Origin: Octopus bimaculoides
Taxonomy: Eukaryota
Assembly (NCBI RefSeq): GCF_001194135.2
Contig: NC_068987.1
Span: 523,815-576,028 of the forward strand
Reading direction: 5' to 3'
Length of the DNA stretch: 52,214 nt
The position numbers and the translations under genes are program-made. The notes beneath the pieces are model-generated. The model made no database searches. It saw only the letters and a list, made by a program, of their open reading frames with translations, and had not been told where the DNA came from. This document shows, one piece after another, positions 23,804 to 35,755 of the stretch (position 1 is the first letter of the stretch; every line of letters begins with the position of its first letter).

Positions 23804-24919
23804 NNNNNNNNNNNNNNNNNNNNNNNNNNNNNNNNNNNNNNNNNNNNNNNNNNNNNNNNNNNNNNNNNNNNNNNNNNNNNNNNNNNNNNNNNNNNNNNNN
23901 NNNNNNNNNNNNNNNNNNNNNNNNNNNNNNNNNNNNNNNNNNNNNNNNNNNNNNNNNNNNNNNNNNNNNNNNNNNNNNNNNNNNNNNNNNNNNNNNNNNN
24001 NNNNNNNNNNNNNNNNNNNNNNNNNNNNNNNNNNNNNNNNNNNNNNNNNNNNNNNNNNNNNNNNNNNNNNNNNNNNNNNNNNNNNNNNNNNNNNNNNNNN
24101 NNNNNNNNNNNNNNNNNNNNNNNNNNNNNNNNNNNNNNNNNNNNNNNNNNNNNNNNNNNNNNNNNNNNNNNNNNNNNNNNNNNNNNNNNNNNNNNNNNNN
24201 NNNNNNNNNNNNNNNNNNNNNNNNNNNNNNNNNNNNNNNNNNNNNNNNNNNNNNNNNNNNNNNNNNNNNNNNNNNNNNNNNNNNNNNNNNNNNNNNNNNN
24301 NNNNNNNNNNNNNNNNNNNNNNNNNNNNNNNNNNNNNNNNNNNNNNNNNNNNNNNNNNNNNNNNNNNNNNNNNNNNNNNNNNNNNNNNNNNNNNNNNNNN
24401 NNNNNNNNNNNNNNNNNNNNNNNNNNNNNNNNNNNNNNNNNNNNNNNNNNNNNNNNNNNNNNNNNNNNNNNNNNNNNNNNNNNNNNNNNNNNNNNNNNNN
24501 NNNNNNNNNNNNNNNNNNNNNNNNNNNNNNNNNNNNNNNNNNNNNNNNNNNNNNNNNNNNNNNNNNNNNNNNNNNNNNNNNNNNNNNNNNNNNNNNNNNN
24601 NNNNNNNNNNNNNNNNNNNNNNNNNNNNNNNNNNNNNNNNNNNNNNNNNNNNNTATATATACGTACATACAAAGCTATGTACAAACACACTTATCCGCAC
24701 AAAGACGCACGCAGAGACAAGCATAGGCGAGTGGAGGCTCACACGCATACACACACTCACATATAAACCCATACTCACACACACATACGCATGTACACAC
24801 ATACACACTTAGATATCTTTAAAAATCTTGTGTAAAGTTAAACACAGAACATCCAAATGTATACACACATGCACACACACAGAAAAAAAACTACATATGT
24901 AGACACACACACGTATGTA

Positions 24920-24954
<35 letters not shown>

Positions 24955-25017
24955 GCATATATATATTACATGCGTCTATAAATAAATATGTGCGTGTAGA
25001 AATGGTATATATATTTT

Positions 25018-25103
25018 TATTCTTTTATTTGTTTCAATCGTTTGACTGCGGTCATGCTGGAGCACCGCCTTTAGTCGAACAAATCGAACCCAGGAATTAT
25101 TCT
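25018..25103 (-). mobile_element. SINE family C, 3' end only
   Basis: TGACTGCGGTCATGCTGGAGCACCGCCTTTAGTCGAACAAATCGAACCCAGG with a T-rich (reverse A-rich) tail. Confidence 0.7.
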
Positions 25104-25627
25104 ATCCCGTGATAGGATCTGTAGTCTTCGAATCAGCTTTCTCCTTTCTAGTTTTGAAAAGCCTAATTTCTCAAGACTGTTATTTAGGTAGTGCCTCAAT
25201 AATTACAGGTATAAACCTGAACTTGTAATCTGGATAGAGTAACTGCAGATTTCTCAATAGTTCAGCACAGGTGTTCTCTTTTTCACTGATCTCCAGTTTT
25301 ATGTTAACATCCGCTGGGCAGCTGATTTCCACAACTGTGCACAGTTTCTCTTTTCTATCCCAAATCATTATGTCAGGTCTGTTGTGCTTACATTTTATTC
25401 AGGTCTTCACTAGGACATTCCACCAGTACTCCTTTTCATTATGAGTGGCTATAGCTTCTGCCATACTGTGGGTTCTTATTTCTTTCTACTCGGGATTATC
25501 CTTCCGACGGATTTCATTGTATACAATCCTAGCTACAACATCATGTCTCATCGGCAGATAATATTGTGATGCCATTTTTGAACAACTGCTTATGATGTAA
25601 TATCTTCGGAGTAATCCCACAAAGTCT
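25104..25627 (-). mobile_element. R4/Dong-like RLE LINE fragment (family 1), truncated at both ends
   Basis: RLCG...IISSCSKM...RHDVVA...KCKHNRPDIMIWDRKEKLCTVVEISCPADVNIKLEISEKENT: CCHC plus PD-(D/E)xK restriction-like endonuclease. About 87% identical (manual count over 240 nt) to the 33-kb copy. Confidence 0.9.
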
Positions 25628-25913
25628 GTGATCGCCTAGACTAGCGGATGTTATACATCGCTGTTCACAATGCACTTTGTGCCATTTTAGCATTTTGAAT
25701 GACGCCACCCCGTTGGCCAGGTAAGCAGGCCAACATTCCTCCTGATCGGAATGTCAGTTTGTTGCAGGGTTACTCCTTTACAGCTGAGTGGACTGGGGCA
25801 ACAAGAAATGAAGCGTTTTGCACAAGAACACAACATGCTGCCAATCTAAGGATCGAACCCGTGGTCACTAGCCCGTGAGTACAACACCCTAACCATTAGG
25901 CCTTGTGCCTTAT
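25628..25913 (-). mobile_element. SINE family A (variant 3' half)
   Basis: Minus-strand head AAGGCACAAGGCCTAATGGTTAGGGTGTTG...GGGTTCGATCC, centre GTTCTTGTGCAAAACGCTTCATTTCTTGTTGCCCCAGTCCACTCAGCTG. The 3' half differs from the 213-516 copy. Confidence 0.7.
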
Positions 25914-26670
25914 ACACACGCGCGCGCATATATACGTGTGTGTGTAATTAATCATGATAGCGATTTAGTTGAATTTGCTTTGTACAGCCTGTGTTCGTCT
26001 GTAGCTATGACAAACTTCTGATAGCCGCAGGAGAAAATTCCGTTTCTGAATACACAAATAGCACATAACACATCATTTTGCAGAGATCTAGCAATTCTTT
26101 ATGGAAACTAAACAGGTATATACATACATACATACATACATACATACATACATACATACATACTTACATACATACATACATACATTTATTTTAGGTTACC
26201 ACCTAATGTTTCATAAATTAAATATATTGCTAATACTCAAAGTAGAAATTTCATGAATAATTTCATCTCTGGTCATTACAAATATTTGTTGCAGAGACTA
26301 TTTTTGTTTAAGATATAATAGTAATTTAAATATACAAGCTAACAGCGTCCTTCTTTGCCTTCCGCATTTTCATCATCTTTTCAAACAACGCCATTGGCTA
26401 AACTGTGCGAGTTGCTGACTGCAGCCAAGTCTCGTAATCTCTCGTGGACGAGATTCTCATTACCGTTGAAATGTATAATATTTGTCGTATTAAAATGCTA
26501 ATCAAACTGCTAAATCTGTATTTTATTCACGAAGGATTAAACATTTTGGAATAAAAGTTCATGATATTTGTTAAAAGTAGATTATTTAAATGGAAAAGAT
26601 GTCGGCGTGAAGAAGACTGGCCCCAAGTTTAGAACGGTCTGTTTTGATGGTCTGGCCGGTTTTATCATTT

Positions 26671-26872
26671 GATAATAATGATTTCAAATGTTGGTACACA
26701 ACCAGAAACTTTGGGGGAGGGGGAATATCGATTACATCGACCCCAGTGCTCAACTGATAGTTATTTTATCAACTCTGAAAGGCATAAAAGGCAAAGTCGA
26801 TTTTGGTGGATTTGAACTGAGAACGTAGAGACGGACGAAATGCCGCTAACGACTCTGCCAGCTCACCGCCAT
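26671..26872 (-). mobile_element. SINE family B
   Basis: Head GGCGGTGAGCTGGCAGAGTCGTTAGC, B-box-like CAGTTCAAATCC, body GGGGTCGATGTAATCG and an ATT-repeat tail. Confidence 0.8.
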
Positions 26873-27244
26873 TTACCATTTAGTAATAATAATAATCTGT
26901 TACTTACAAACTAGAAGTCTGTCGTTTAGGCTTGTCTGTTCCAGAAGTAAAACAAGGTCGAAATGTCTGTAGTTACATCAGGAGAGAATCAATTACCTTG
27001 TGCTTTTAGCTTTCCACAACACTTGATAAAACCGTTTTCTGTGTCCCTTTGTGCTCTCTTCTATTCACATTTGAATATTCCACAGGTACCAGTGTTCGGA
27101 TGCCACGGTAAACACACCATAGCTCATCGGGGGCTTAATCTGGAGCATCTCCTTGAAGAGTGTGGCTTATAAAATTGATCTGAGGACTTCAGGTCTTTGT
27201 ACTCAATCGCCAGGTAAGGGCCACAAACAAATCAACATCGATAA

Positions 27245-27443
27245 ACAAGTGGTGTGACACACACACACACACACACACACACGCAAGGACTTCCGCACAG
27301 TTTCCACCTACCAATATCCTTAACAAGGTATTGACCCGGTGTTTTGTAAAAGTCACTTGCCCAAGGTACCGTGCAGTGGGACTGAACCCGAAAGCTCACT
27401 GTTGTGAAGTTAACTTTTCAACTACACAACCATGCCTGACCCT
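27245..27443 (-). mobile_element. SINE family C, 5' half
   Basis: CACTTGCCCAAGGTACCGTGCAGTGGGACTGAACCCGAAA: reverse of the B-box and CORE-like block, next to (CA)n. Confidence 0.7.
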
Positions 27444-27482
27444 ACATGCAACACCCACTCCACACACAGGCGCAGACAGACA

Positions 27483-27523
<41 letters not shown>

Positions 27524-27575
27524 TATTATGTACCTGTGTGTGCATGTGTGCGTACTGTATATGGACTTGTGTGTG

Positions 27576-27662
<87 letters not shown>

Positions 27663-27867
27663 CAAGGGTCATGGATGGAGAGGATATCATTTCCGATAAT
27701 TTTGAAAACAAAAACAAACAAATAGAAAATAATTGATTATTCATTAACAAAGCCAATTAAAGTAGAATTCCTAATTTCCTCCAATTATTTTAGAAGTTTG
27801 GAACCAAATAACAATTATATTTGTGCTCAAGAGTTTGTTTATTATCTGATCATTATTGTCTAAGACA

Positions 27868-28045
27868 ATAATGATACCTAGCATAGGGACAAGGTCGTAT
27901 CAGCAAGGGTGTAATCGATCGGATCGAATTCAATACTTCACTGGTGCATTGCTACTTCATGTTGTCGGACCTGAAGCAAATGATTGTTCACGGTGGGAAC
28001 TGAACTCAGAATGTGAAACTTCAAAAAACTAAATATTGTAAAATA
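27868..28045 (-). mobile_element. Degenerate SINE family B
   Basis: TAATCGAT..ATCGA...CACTGGT...GAACTGAACTCAGAATGT, a decayed match to family B. Confidence 0.45.
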
Positions 28046-28337
28046 ACGAAAGCGATCTGTCGACCTCTGATGAAGCTCTGTAAAAGTCTGAATCGAGTCG
28101 AACAGATTTCTTTCTGTGCACTCAGAGAAGAAAATCCTGTATACAAAAGAAACCCGTCTGTCTCTATCTATTGATCAATCAGTGAGTGAATGAGTGAATG
28201 AGTGAGCCACTCAATCAATCAGCCTGTCTGTCTGCCTGCCTACATTTATACTTATATCTATGCGCGCAAACACACATATGTAAAAGGTATGGTGGAACAA
28301 AATGTCCCGCGCTAAATTCTTGGTCCTTCGTCACTTT

Positions 28338-28775
28338 TGTAACTTTTATAAATAAAAAAGACTAAAACAGTTGTTCACATGATGGTGACTGTTTGGCGGA
28401 GGAGATAATCTACATTGTGAAAGCAAAAACAAACAACAACGATAACTCTCAAATATATTTTGGGGCAACTGAATTCACATTAAAAAAGTCAATATTATAA
28501 ACACAGACATTCACTTACCAGCCCTGATAAAATATGCGGTTTTGTTGAAATTTACATGATTTTTACGTGAAACAAAATTCTTCCGAATTCAAAATTACCT
28601 GGTCACTTGTAGATAAGTCTCAACCATAGAGGGGCGGAGCTCCCAATAAAGGATGTGGCGTGACTTTTGTTTAAGTGAAAAATTGAGAATTTTATTTCAA
28701 AGCAGCAACAGGTTGAACAAAAGATCAGAGTTAGTAGCGCCGTGTATGCACGGGATTAAGTATAATTTTTATTAG
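28338..28775 (+). mobile_element. Penelope-like element GIY-YIG endonuclease relic #2 (different family from #1)
   Basis: SCSHDGDCLAEEIIYIVKAKTNNNDNSQIYFGATEFT...KITWSLVDKSQP*RGG...RDFCLSEKLRI...LNKRSELVAPCMHGIKY*: the same domain architecture as 19784-20242, with no obvious nucleotide similarity to it. Confidence 0.85.
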
Positions 28776-29230
28776 TTACAGCTTACTTGAATTTTGATCT
28801 GGATCAGGGAGTAGGTAAAAATGTTGGCTTTGAAGACTTTAAAATAATTTATAATACCATTTAAACAACAACGCAATTTCAAACGGACATTTTTTAAAGT
28901 GACCTCTCTCGCAGGAAGCTTAAGGCATTTGAAGAATTCTCAACAGAACAAGAAATGAAATTTAAAAAATATGAGCTTGAAATAAGTATTTTTACACGTA
29001 TCTCTCGCATGTATAATTTAAAAACTCGAAGGGGAGCGTTTTCTTGATAATTTTCATATAATAATTCGAAATACATTCAAACGACAACAAATGATTCCAG
29101 AGGAAAACAAGCTCGGATTACGAACTGAAGGAGCAGAAACGTGAAACTCGGAGTACTGGAAATTCAGAGCTTTTAAATAATTATGTACAATGCACGTTTA
29201 TATATTTTCGTCTTTTCGGTGTATCAGTAT

Positions 29231-29280
<50 letters not shown>

Positions 29281-29567
29281 ACTCACACACACACACTGAC
29301 GTACAAGTACTCATACGCATACACGTGTGTGTCTGTGTGTATACGTATTTAATCGCGCCTATATATTTGCAAACATATAATTTAATTGTATATGAATAAT
29401 AGATATGTGTTTGTGTGTGTGTTTTCATATATGCCTTTTTGTTATGAGTGTACATAAAATTGCATACAAACTTAAATGCTCTTACATATATGCATTCGAG
29501 CAAACTCTGCCCACGATACATCTGTGTGTATTGTACATACACACACACTAACATCATATATATATAT

Positions 29568-29602
<35 letters not shown>

Positions 29603-29905
29603 NNNNNNNNNNNNNNNNNNNNNNNNNNNNNNNNNNNNNNNNNNNNNNNNNNNNNNNNNNNNNNNNNNNNNNNNNNNNNNNNNNNNNNNNNNNNNNNNNN
29701 NNNNNNNNNNNNNNNNNNNNNNNNNNNNNNNNNNNNNNNNNNNNNNNNNNNNNNNNNNNNNNNNNNNNNNNNNNNNNNNNNNNNNNNNNNNNNNNNNNNN
29801 NNNNNNNNNNNNNNNNNNNNNNNNNNNNNNNNNNNNNNNNNNNNNNNNNNNNNNNNNNNNNNNNNNNNNNNNNNNNNNNNNNNNNNNNNNNNNNNNNNNN
29901 NNNNN

Positions 29906-29950
<45 letters not shown>

Positions 29951-30769
29951 TGTGTGGATGCATGTGTAGGTATGTATGAAGTTATTTTTCCAAAAGAAGT
30001 ATTTAGATACAAACTGCGGGCGTAATACACTTAACTGGCTTCAAAGTGTAAAGTGAAATTTCCAATAATTCAGGACTTATTGCTGTTTCTGTGAAAATAT
30101 GAGATGCAAATTCTCGACACAACTGTACGGTTGTCTGTTAGAGAAATTTCCCCAGATGAACATCTTTCTAATTTACAGAATAGAATAATAATAATGGTAA
30201 CAACAACAAAAATAAAAGCTACTGCTACTACTACTACTTAGGTTTTCATGATATAAACATAACACTTATATATAACATGAATGATTACAAATAATTTAGT
30301 GGTACCTTAAACACTTTCACGTTATATAAATGTTCTGAATTTTTGTTTTCGTTTATAAATTTATAGATTTTCGTTACATTGTTTCATTACGTTAAAGACT
30401 TTGATTTTGTTTTGCAGTCCGTTCCATAGTTACGGTTGTTTAGAGCGTACCGTTTGAATACAAATTGTGACTTACTGAATAATATTATAGATTATTACAT
30501 TAACAAAGCTTCTGATATGAGAGTGTATCGTAATCTGCTTGAAACATTGCAATATCTGAAAGATATGTAAAACATTTGAACAAAACGAGTAAGGAATTCA
30601 TCAAAACACAGCGCTGATGGATCAAAGTGAAAAATAAATATACTGTATTACTTTGAGAAGGTTATTTAGTAATCCTGTAATATTCCAGGATAAATCCATT
30701 TTTCGGTTGAGAGAAAATAATCAAAACGGCTGCAGTTGTTGTAGGCAAGACCAGTCAGTCTGTTAGGGA

Positions 30770-31420
30770 GAAGTCGTTGGTTTTAGAACACACCAAATGT
30801 AATAGTCAGTGTGATTGGTCGAAGTAGCCAATATCATCATCAGGAGATGACGTGACGTGAGAGATGAGTGTGGGTGTGCAAGGTGATATTTGGAGTTGCC
30901 AATGAGAAGTGGGGCCCTAATGCTAAATTTCTGTGTCAAGAATGGTCTCCATTGACGAAACACATCCTTAACATCCCAAAGTCGGACGTTCTCTTTAGAA
31001 CCAGGAAATATTTCAGCACCTATCCTCCTTCCAGTAATTGCTGACAATCAACAAGTTTCAAGTGAGTTCCGCAATGGAATATTGCTCCCGCGTCTTCGAT
31101 GGCGATGCTTTGGCGCACCCAGACATCATCGGTTCCATACAATGGGGCAAATGATTTTTTTATTGCCTGTGATAGCTAATGGCAATGGCTGTCTGAGTGA
31201 TAGTGGGCATGTCAACGAGGGCTACTATGAACAGTAATGGCCCCAGAACAGTTTCCTGAGGGAGGCCACTAAGGATTTGAGTTTCCTCACAAAGGGTACC
31301 ATTGGCTGCAACTGCCTGACTTCTGTCTTTAAGGAAGTCATGCAGCCTCTCTCCCAGTTTACCAGCAACGCCAAGGTCTCGCACCTTAAGACATATCATC
31401 TACCAAATGCAATCTTTGAA
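30770..31420 (-). mobile_element. CR1/L2-like LINE reverse transcriptase relic
   Basis: ORF 31160-31399: LGVAGKLGERLHDFLKDRSQAV..NG...SGLPQETVLGPLLFIV, the RT region containing GVPQGxVLGPLLF. The YADD motif is destroyed. The 30770-31050 part is only weakly assignable. Confidence 0.8.
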
Positions 31421-31724
31421 AAAAAAAAAACCCCCCAAAAAACAGCAGATTAACGCAGACCGGATGGAAGGATGTTTTTGTATGAGTTCTCTTCGCTGTC
31501 TTGAACATAAAGCAATCCATATGTTATAAGGTAAGCCGCACCACACGGATAACCTTATAACACCTATGTTTAAAAAGCTGAAGATAGCGAAAAGTATTCA
31601 CAAAAATAGTTCCTTCTATAAGATTTGCTTTCTTCACGGTTTTTTTTTAATATACCTTATTTTAAGAATATCTTTATTCACACACATATAATATACATAA
31701 GTGCATATACATACACATCCATAT

Positions 31725-31798
<74 letters not shown>

Positions 31799-33149
31799 TG
31801 GGGGAAAGGGAGAGAGGCAAAGGGAGAGTGAGAGGAAAAGAGAGTGAGAGGAAAAGAGAGTGGCAGGAATAGTTAAATATATTTGATGTGTGATGAATTC
31901 GCGTGAAGTCATAACAATGAATAAAACGAAAAATATGGAAATCAATCCTGTGCTGTCTTCATCTCCAGTCCAGAGCCGAGGCTATTAAAATAGCTCAACA
32001 TCGGCCAGGTTACGTGAAACATCAAATTAATTATACCTCGTATGAACGGCGCGAGACTTTCTCAATCGTTCATAATCGTTTTAATGTTAACTTGACGACA
32101 TATTAAAAGACTGCAAGAAAACACGCCAGAATAGGAGATAATATATCAGTTGAAAGGTTTAATATTAAATACCTGTATAGTTAATTAGAAGAAAGGTGGG
32201 ATATCTCCTGTCTTCTTTTATTGCTACAAATAGTTCGGAATGGAATTGCCAAGCTCTTGACACGCAATATCTGTGTGTTCTGAGAATTCGGAACAAGGAA
32301 GAGTGTGCTTTTATTGGTAAATGTCTGCGAGCTATTTAAAACCATGGTAACGGATAGGATATGATAATGTGGTATAATATGGCCCCCTTATTGTGTTTAT
32401 TATGGATATTAAACAGATTGAAATAGGTTGGGGCAATTACTGAAATCAGTAATACGTAGTGCATTATGAAACACTCATACATACATACAAATATATGCAT
32501 ACATACATATATGCATTCATGCGTACATACATATACACACATACATACATTCATACATATATGTACACGCACATATGTATATGCATGTATGTATGTGAGT
32601 ATATATATCTATATAAAGAATGCTTATATGTGTATATATGTATTTATACATACATATATATCGTATATTTATATATTCATGGTGAGAGAAAATCAGATTA
32701 TCTCCCTCATCCCCCCCTCTCTCTCTTACACACTCACACAAACGCACACAGATATATATAGACATCTACGCGTACGCCTATCATGTATTGTATAATATAT
32801 CTATTCTACGCGTAAAGGATGTTGTGAATGCGCGTATGTATGTATGTATGTATGTGCATGTGCTTTGCGTGTATGTTTGTATGCGTATGTATTTGCGTAC
32901 GGGTATGTATGCTTGTGTAAGTGCGAGTCTGTATATGTGTGGGTGTGTCGTAATAATAGACTAAAAGAGAAAGCAATAAGTCATTACGAATCATTTTCTT
33001 TTCTTTTTTGGTTTTATTTACAGTCAACGTAAAGATTCAGTTACGATTTCAGTTTTTCCCCACAGTGCCACTCCAGTATTTCATACGATTTAGAGGTCAC
33101 AAGACCCCAGTGGAAATGGCAGTTAGAGAGGATGTAGTCTTAGATACAC

Positions 33150-34326
33150 TGTGACAGAATATCACAATTAGGTCTCTTTCAATCACAGAAGTAATCTACA
33201 AAGTAGCCATCCAGGTAATGCGCACATGAGTTGGAAAGATGCATACATGAGGCTGATAACATCATAAGACTTGGAAAGCAACTGCTTGAGCAGCATTCGT
33301 TCTCATGGCCCTCATCGTCGCACGACTCTGCCGTAATGTATCATCAGATGAAAGGACGAGCGTATGTGAGTGGAAGACCATGCATGGATATGTTAGTAGA
33401 AAGCTCAGAGATAATAGTATCATTGATCATCAAAGCAGCCTATCATGGATCAACAGCCGGGTTACTAACTCCCACACTGAAGGGTATGCGTTCGCAATTC
33501 AGGAACAGGAAATATCAATCAAAATCCTGATGCACAAAAGGGACAGGGATGCACGAAAAGCAGCAAAATGTGACAACCGATGCAGACTTTGTGGAGTTAA
33601 CACTGAAGATATCTTTCACATCATAAGCAGTTATCCGAAAATGTCATCGCGGTTTTATCTACCGATGAGACATGATGTTGTAGCTAGGACACAGTATGAG
33701 ATCCATCGGAAGGGTAATTCCGAGGCCAAAGACATAAAAACCCATAATATGGTGAAAGCCATAGCCACTCATAATAAAAAGGAGTACTTATGGAATGACC
33801 CAGTGAAATCTTCAATAAAATGTAAACACTACAGACCTAATATAATGATTTGGGATGGAGAAGAGAAACTGTGTACAGTTGTGGAAATCAGCTGCCTTAC
33901 GGATGTCAGCATAAAGCTGAAGATCAGTGAAAAAGAGAATACCTACAAGAAACTATTGAGAAATCTGCAGTTACTCTATCTAGACTACAAGTTCAGGTTT
34001 ATACCTGTAATTATTGGGGCACTGAGATATATAACACACTGCCTAAATACCGATCTTGAGAAATTAAGCATCTCAAAACCAGAAAGGAGAAAGCTGATTC
34101 GAAGACTACAGATCCCATCATTTAAATATATATGAGCATGTCTAGATATACAAGTATACGCATGAGAAGACGTACATAAAGCATACAAATCTGCACGTAT
34201 ACATGCATATATACAATCAAACAAAAATACCCTGTTGTTGAAGTTAAAATTCCAATGAAGGAGCCTTGGATCTAGGTTAGAAACCAGCTCTTCCTCTATT
34301 CTTGTTATCTTGAGAAAATGAAATAA
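33150..34326 (+). mobile_element. R4/Dong-like RLE LINE 3' part (family 1) with probable 3' UTR
   Basis: ORF 33305-34135: WKTMHG...EGYAFAIQEQEI...CRLCGVNTEDIFHIISSY...RHDVVA...RPNIMIW...VVEISC...EKENTY...IPVIIGALR. The last Cys of CCHC is changed to Tyr and the catalytic PD to PN. A putative UTR ends in AAATAAT at about 34326. Confidence 0.9.
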
Positions 34327-34549
34327 TCACCACCATCGTCAAGTTGCTGTTGTTGTTGTTCTTCTTCTCCTCAGCTCTTCCCCTCCTTCCCTCCTCCACC
34401 CATTCCCCCCTCCTTTCCCCTTCCCTACTGTTCCTCTGCCTACACCTCCTCCTTCCATATTATGTAATAATTATCATCACCATTATGACATGTAACTAGA
34501 ATTGATATGGGAAGAGAACGATTGTTTGGTGATTAAATGTTTGAAATAT

Positions 34550-34590
<41 letters not shown>

Positions 34591-35307
34591 TTTGATATAT
34601 GTAATCACAAAACCTCATTAATACAACAACAGTAAAAAGCAAAACAAACGAATGAACAAACAAAAATATATTTCGAGAACAGAATTGATTAAACAATTTA
34701 AAACCTCTTGAGTGTAATTAATTCTTTTAAATATAATTAAAGTGATTCAACACAAATTGAATTTCCTGAGAAGAATTCTGTGAGATTCTAAGTAAAAGTG
34801 AAAGTAGATCAATGGGGTGAAAAAGTAGAAATCACATATAATCGTCGGGGTACCCAGAATGCCATGTATGGCACTCTGGGTAGATGAACGATATGAGACG
34901 TCATGGGTAGATAAGTCATAGGTAACACAAAACGACAGAGACACCTAGTTTTGTATACGTATGAACTTTTCTAAGCGTTTTAATACATTTTCGCATATCG
35001 TGGTATATTTCTGGCGCGCGCACGTGTATATGTTTTGGTTTTCTTGTTAAATAAAAGTTAAATAAAGATTATCTGTATACACATACTTGCTCATGTCGAA
35101 ATATGTGTGTGGCTGTGTCTGCATGTCAGTAAGTGTAAGCTTGTGCGGTTGTGAGTGTGTGTGTATGTATAAACACATATATATATGTTCACACACGAAA
35201 TGAATGGGGTATTTACATGTGTGTGTTTAAAATGGAATTCAAGGTACACGTGTATACGTAAACACACATTTGTGTATGTGAGCATATGTGTGCCACGCAT
35301 GTCTGTA

Positions 35308-35384
<77 letters not shown>

Positions 35385-35716
35385 CTATGTATATGTGCAA
35401 GTATTTACGCATGGGTGCATGTTTTAAGTTCTGCTATAAAAAACAAGGAAGGAGCGCATGCAAATATTTATAATGTAATTTAAATATGAATTTGTGAATT
35501 TTTGTGCTCGAAACAAACTGCAAAGAAGTTAGACAAGATAAAAATTTATAAATTTTTTTTAAAGACAAAACTCCAACACAGCCATAGTTTCAAAATATAT
35601 GTCTACATGTATAGAAAATAATTTGTATACCCAGCCGTACAAGCTTGCAAAACCATTTACGCATACGCACATACATAAACGCAAAAATGCATACAAACAT
35701 AAATATACATACGTAC

Positions 35717-35755
<39 letters not shown>

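Noticed and set aside
26930-26990. GGTCGAAATGTC as a hammerhead or PLE terminal repeat remnant
   Set aside because: No CUGANGA box or stems; too degenerate to support.
31578-31598. CTGAAGATAGCGAAAAGTA minimal hammerhead-like string
   Set aside because: No room for stem II or III; better explained as one arm of the fold-back.
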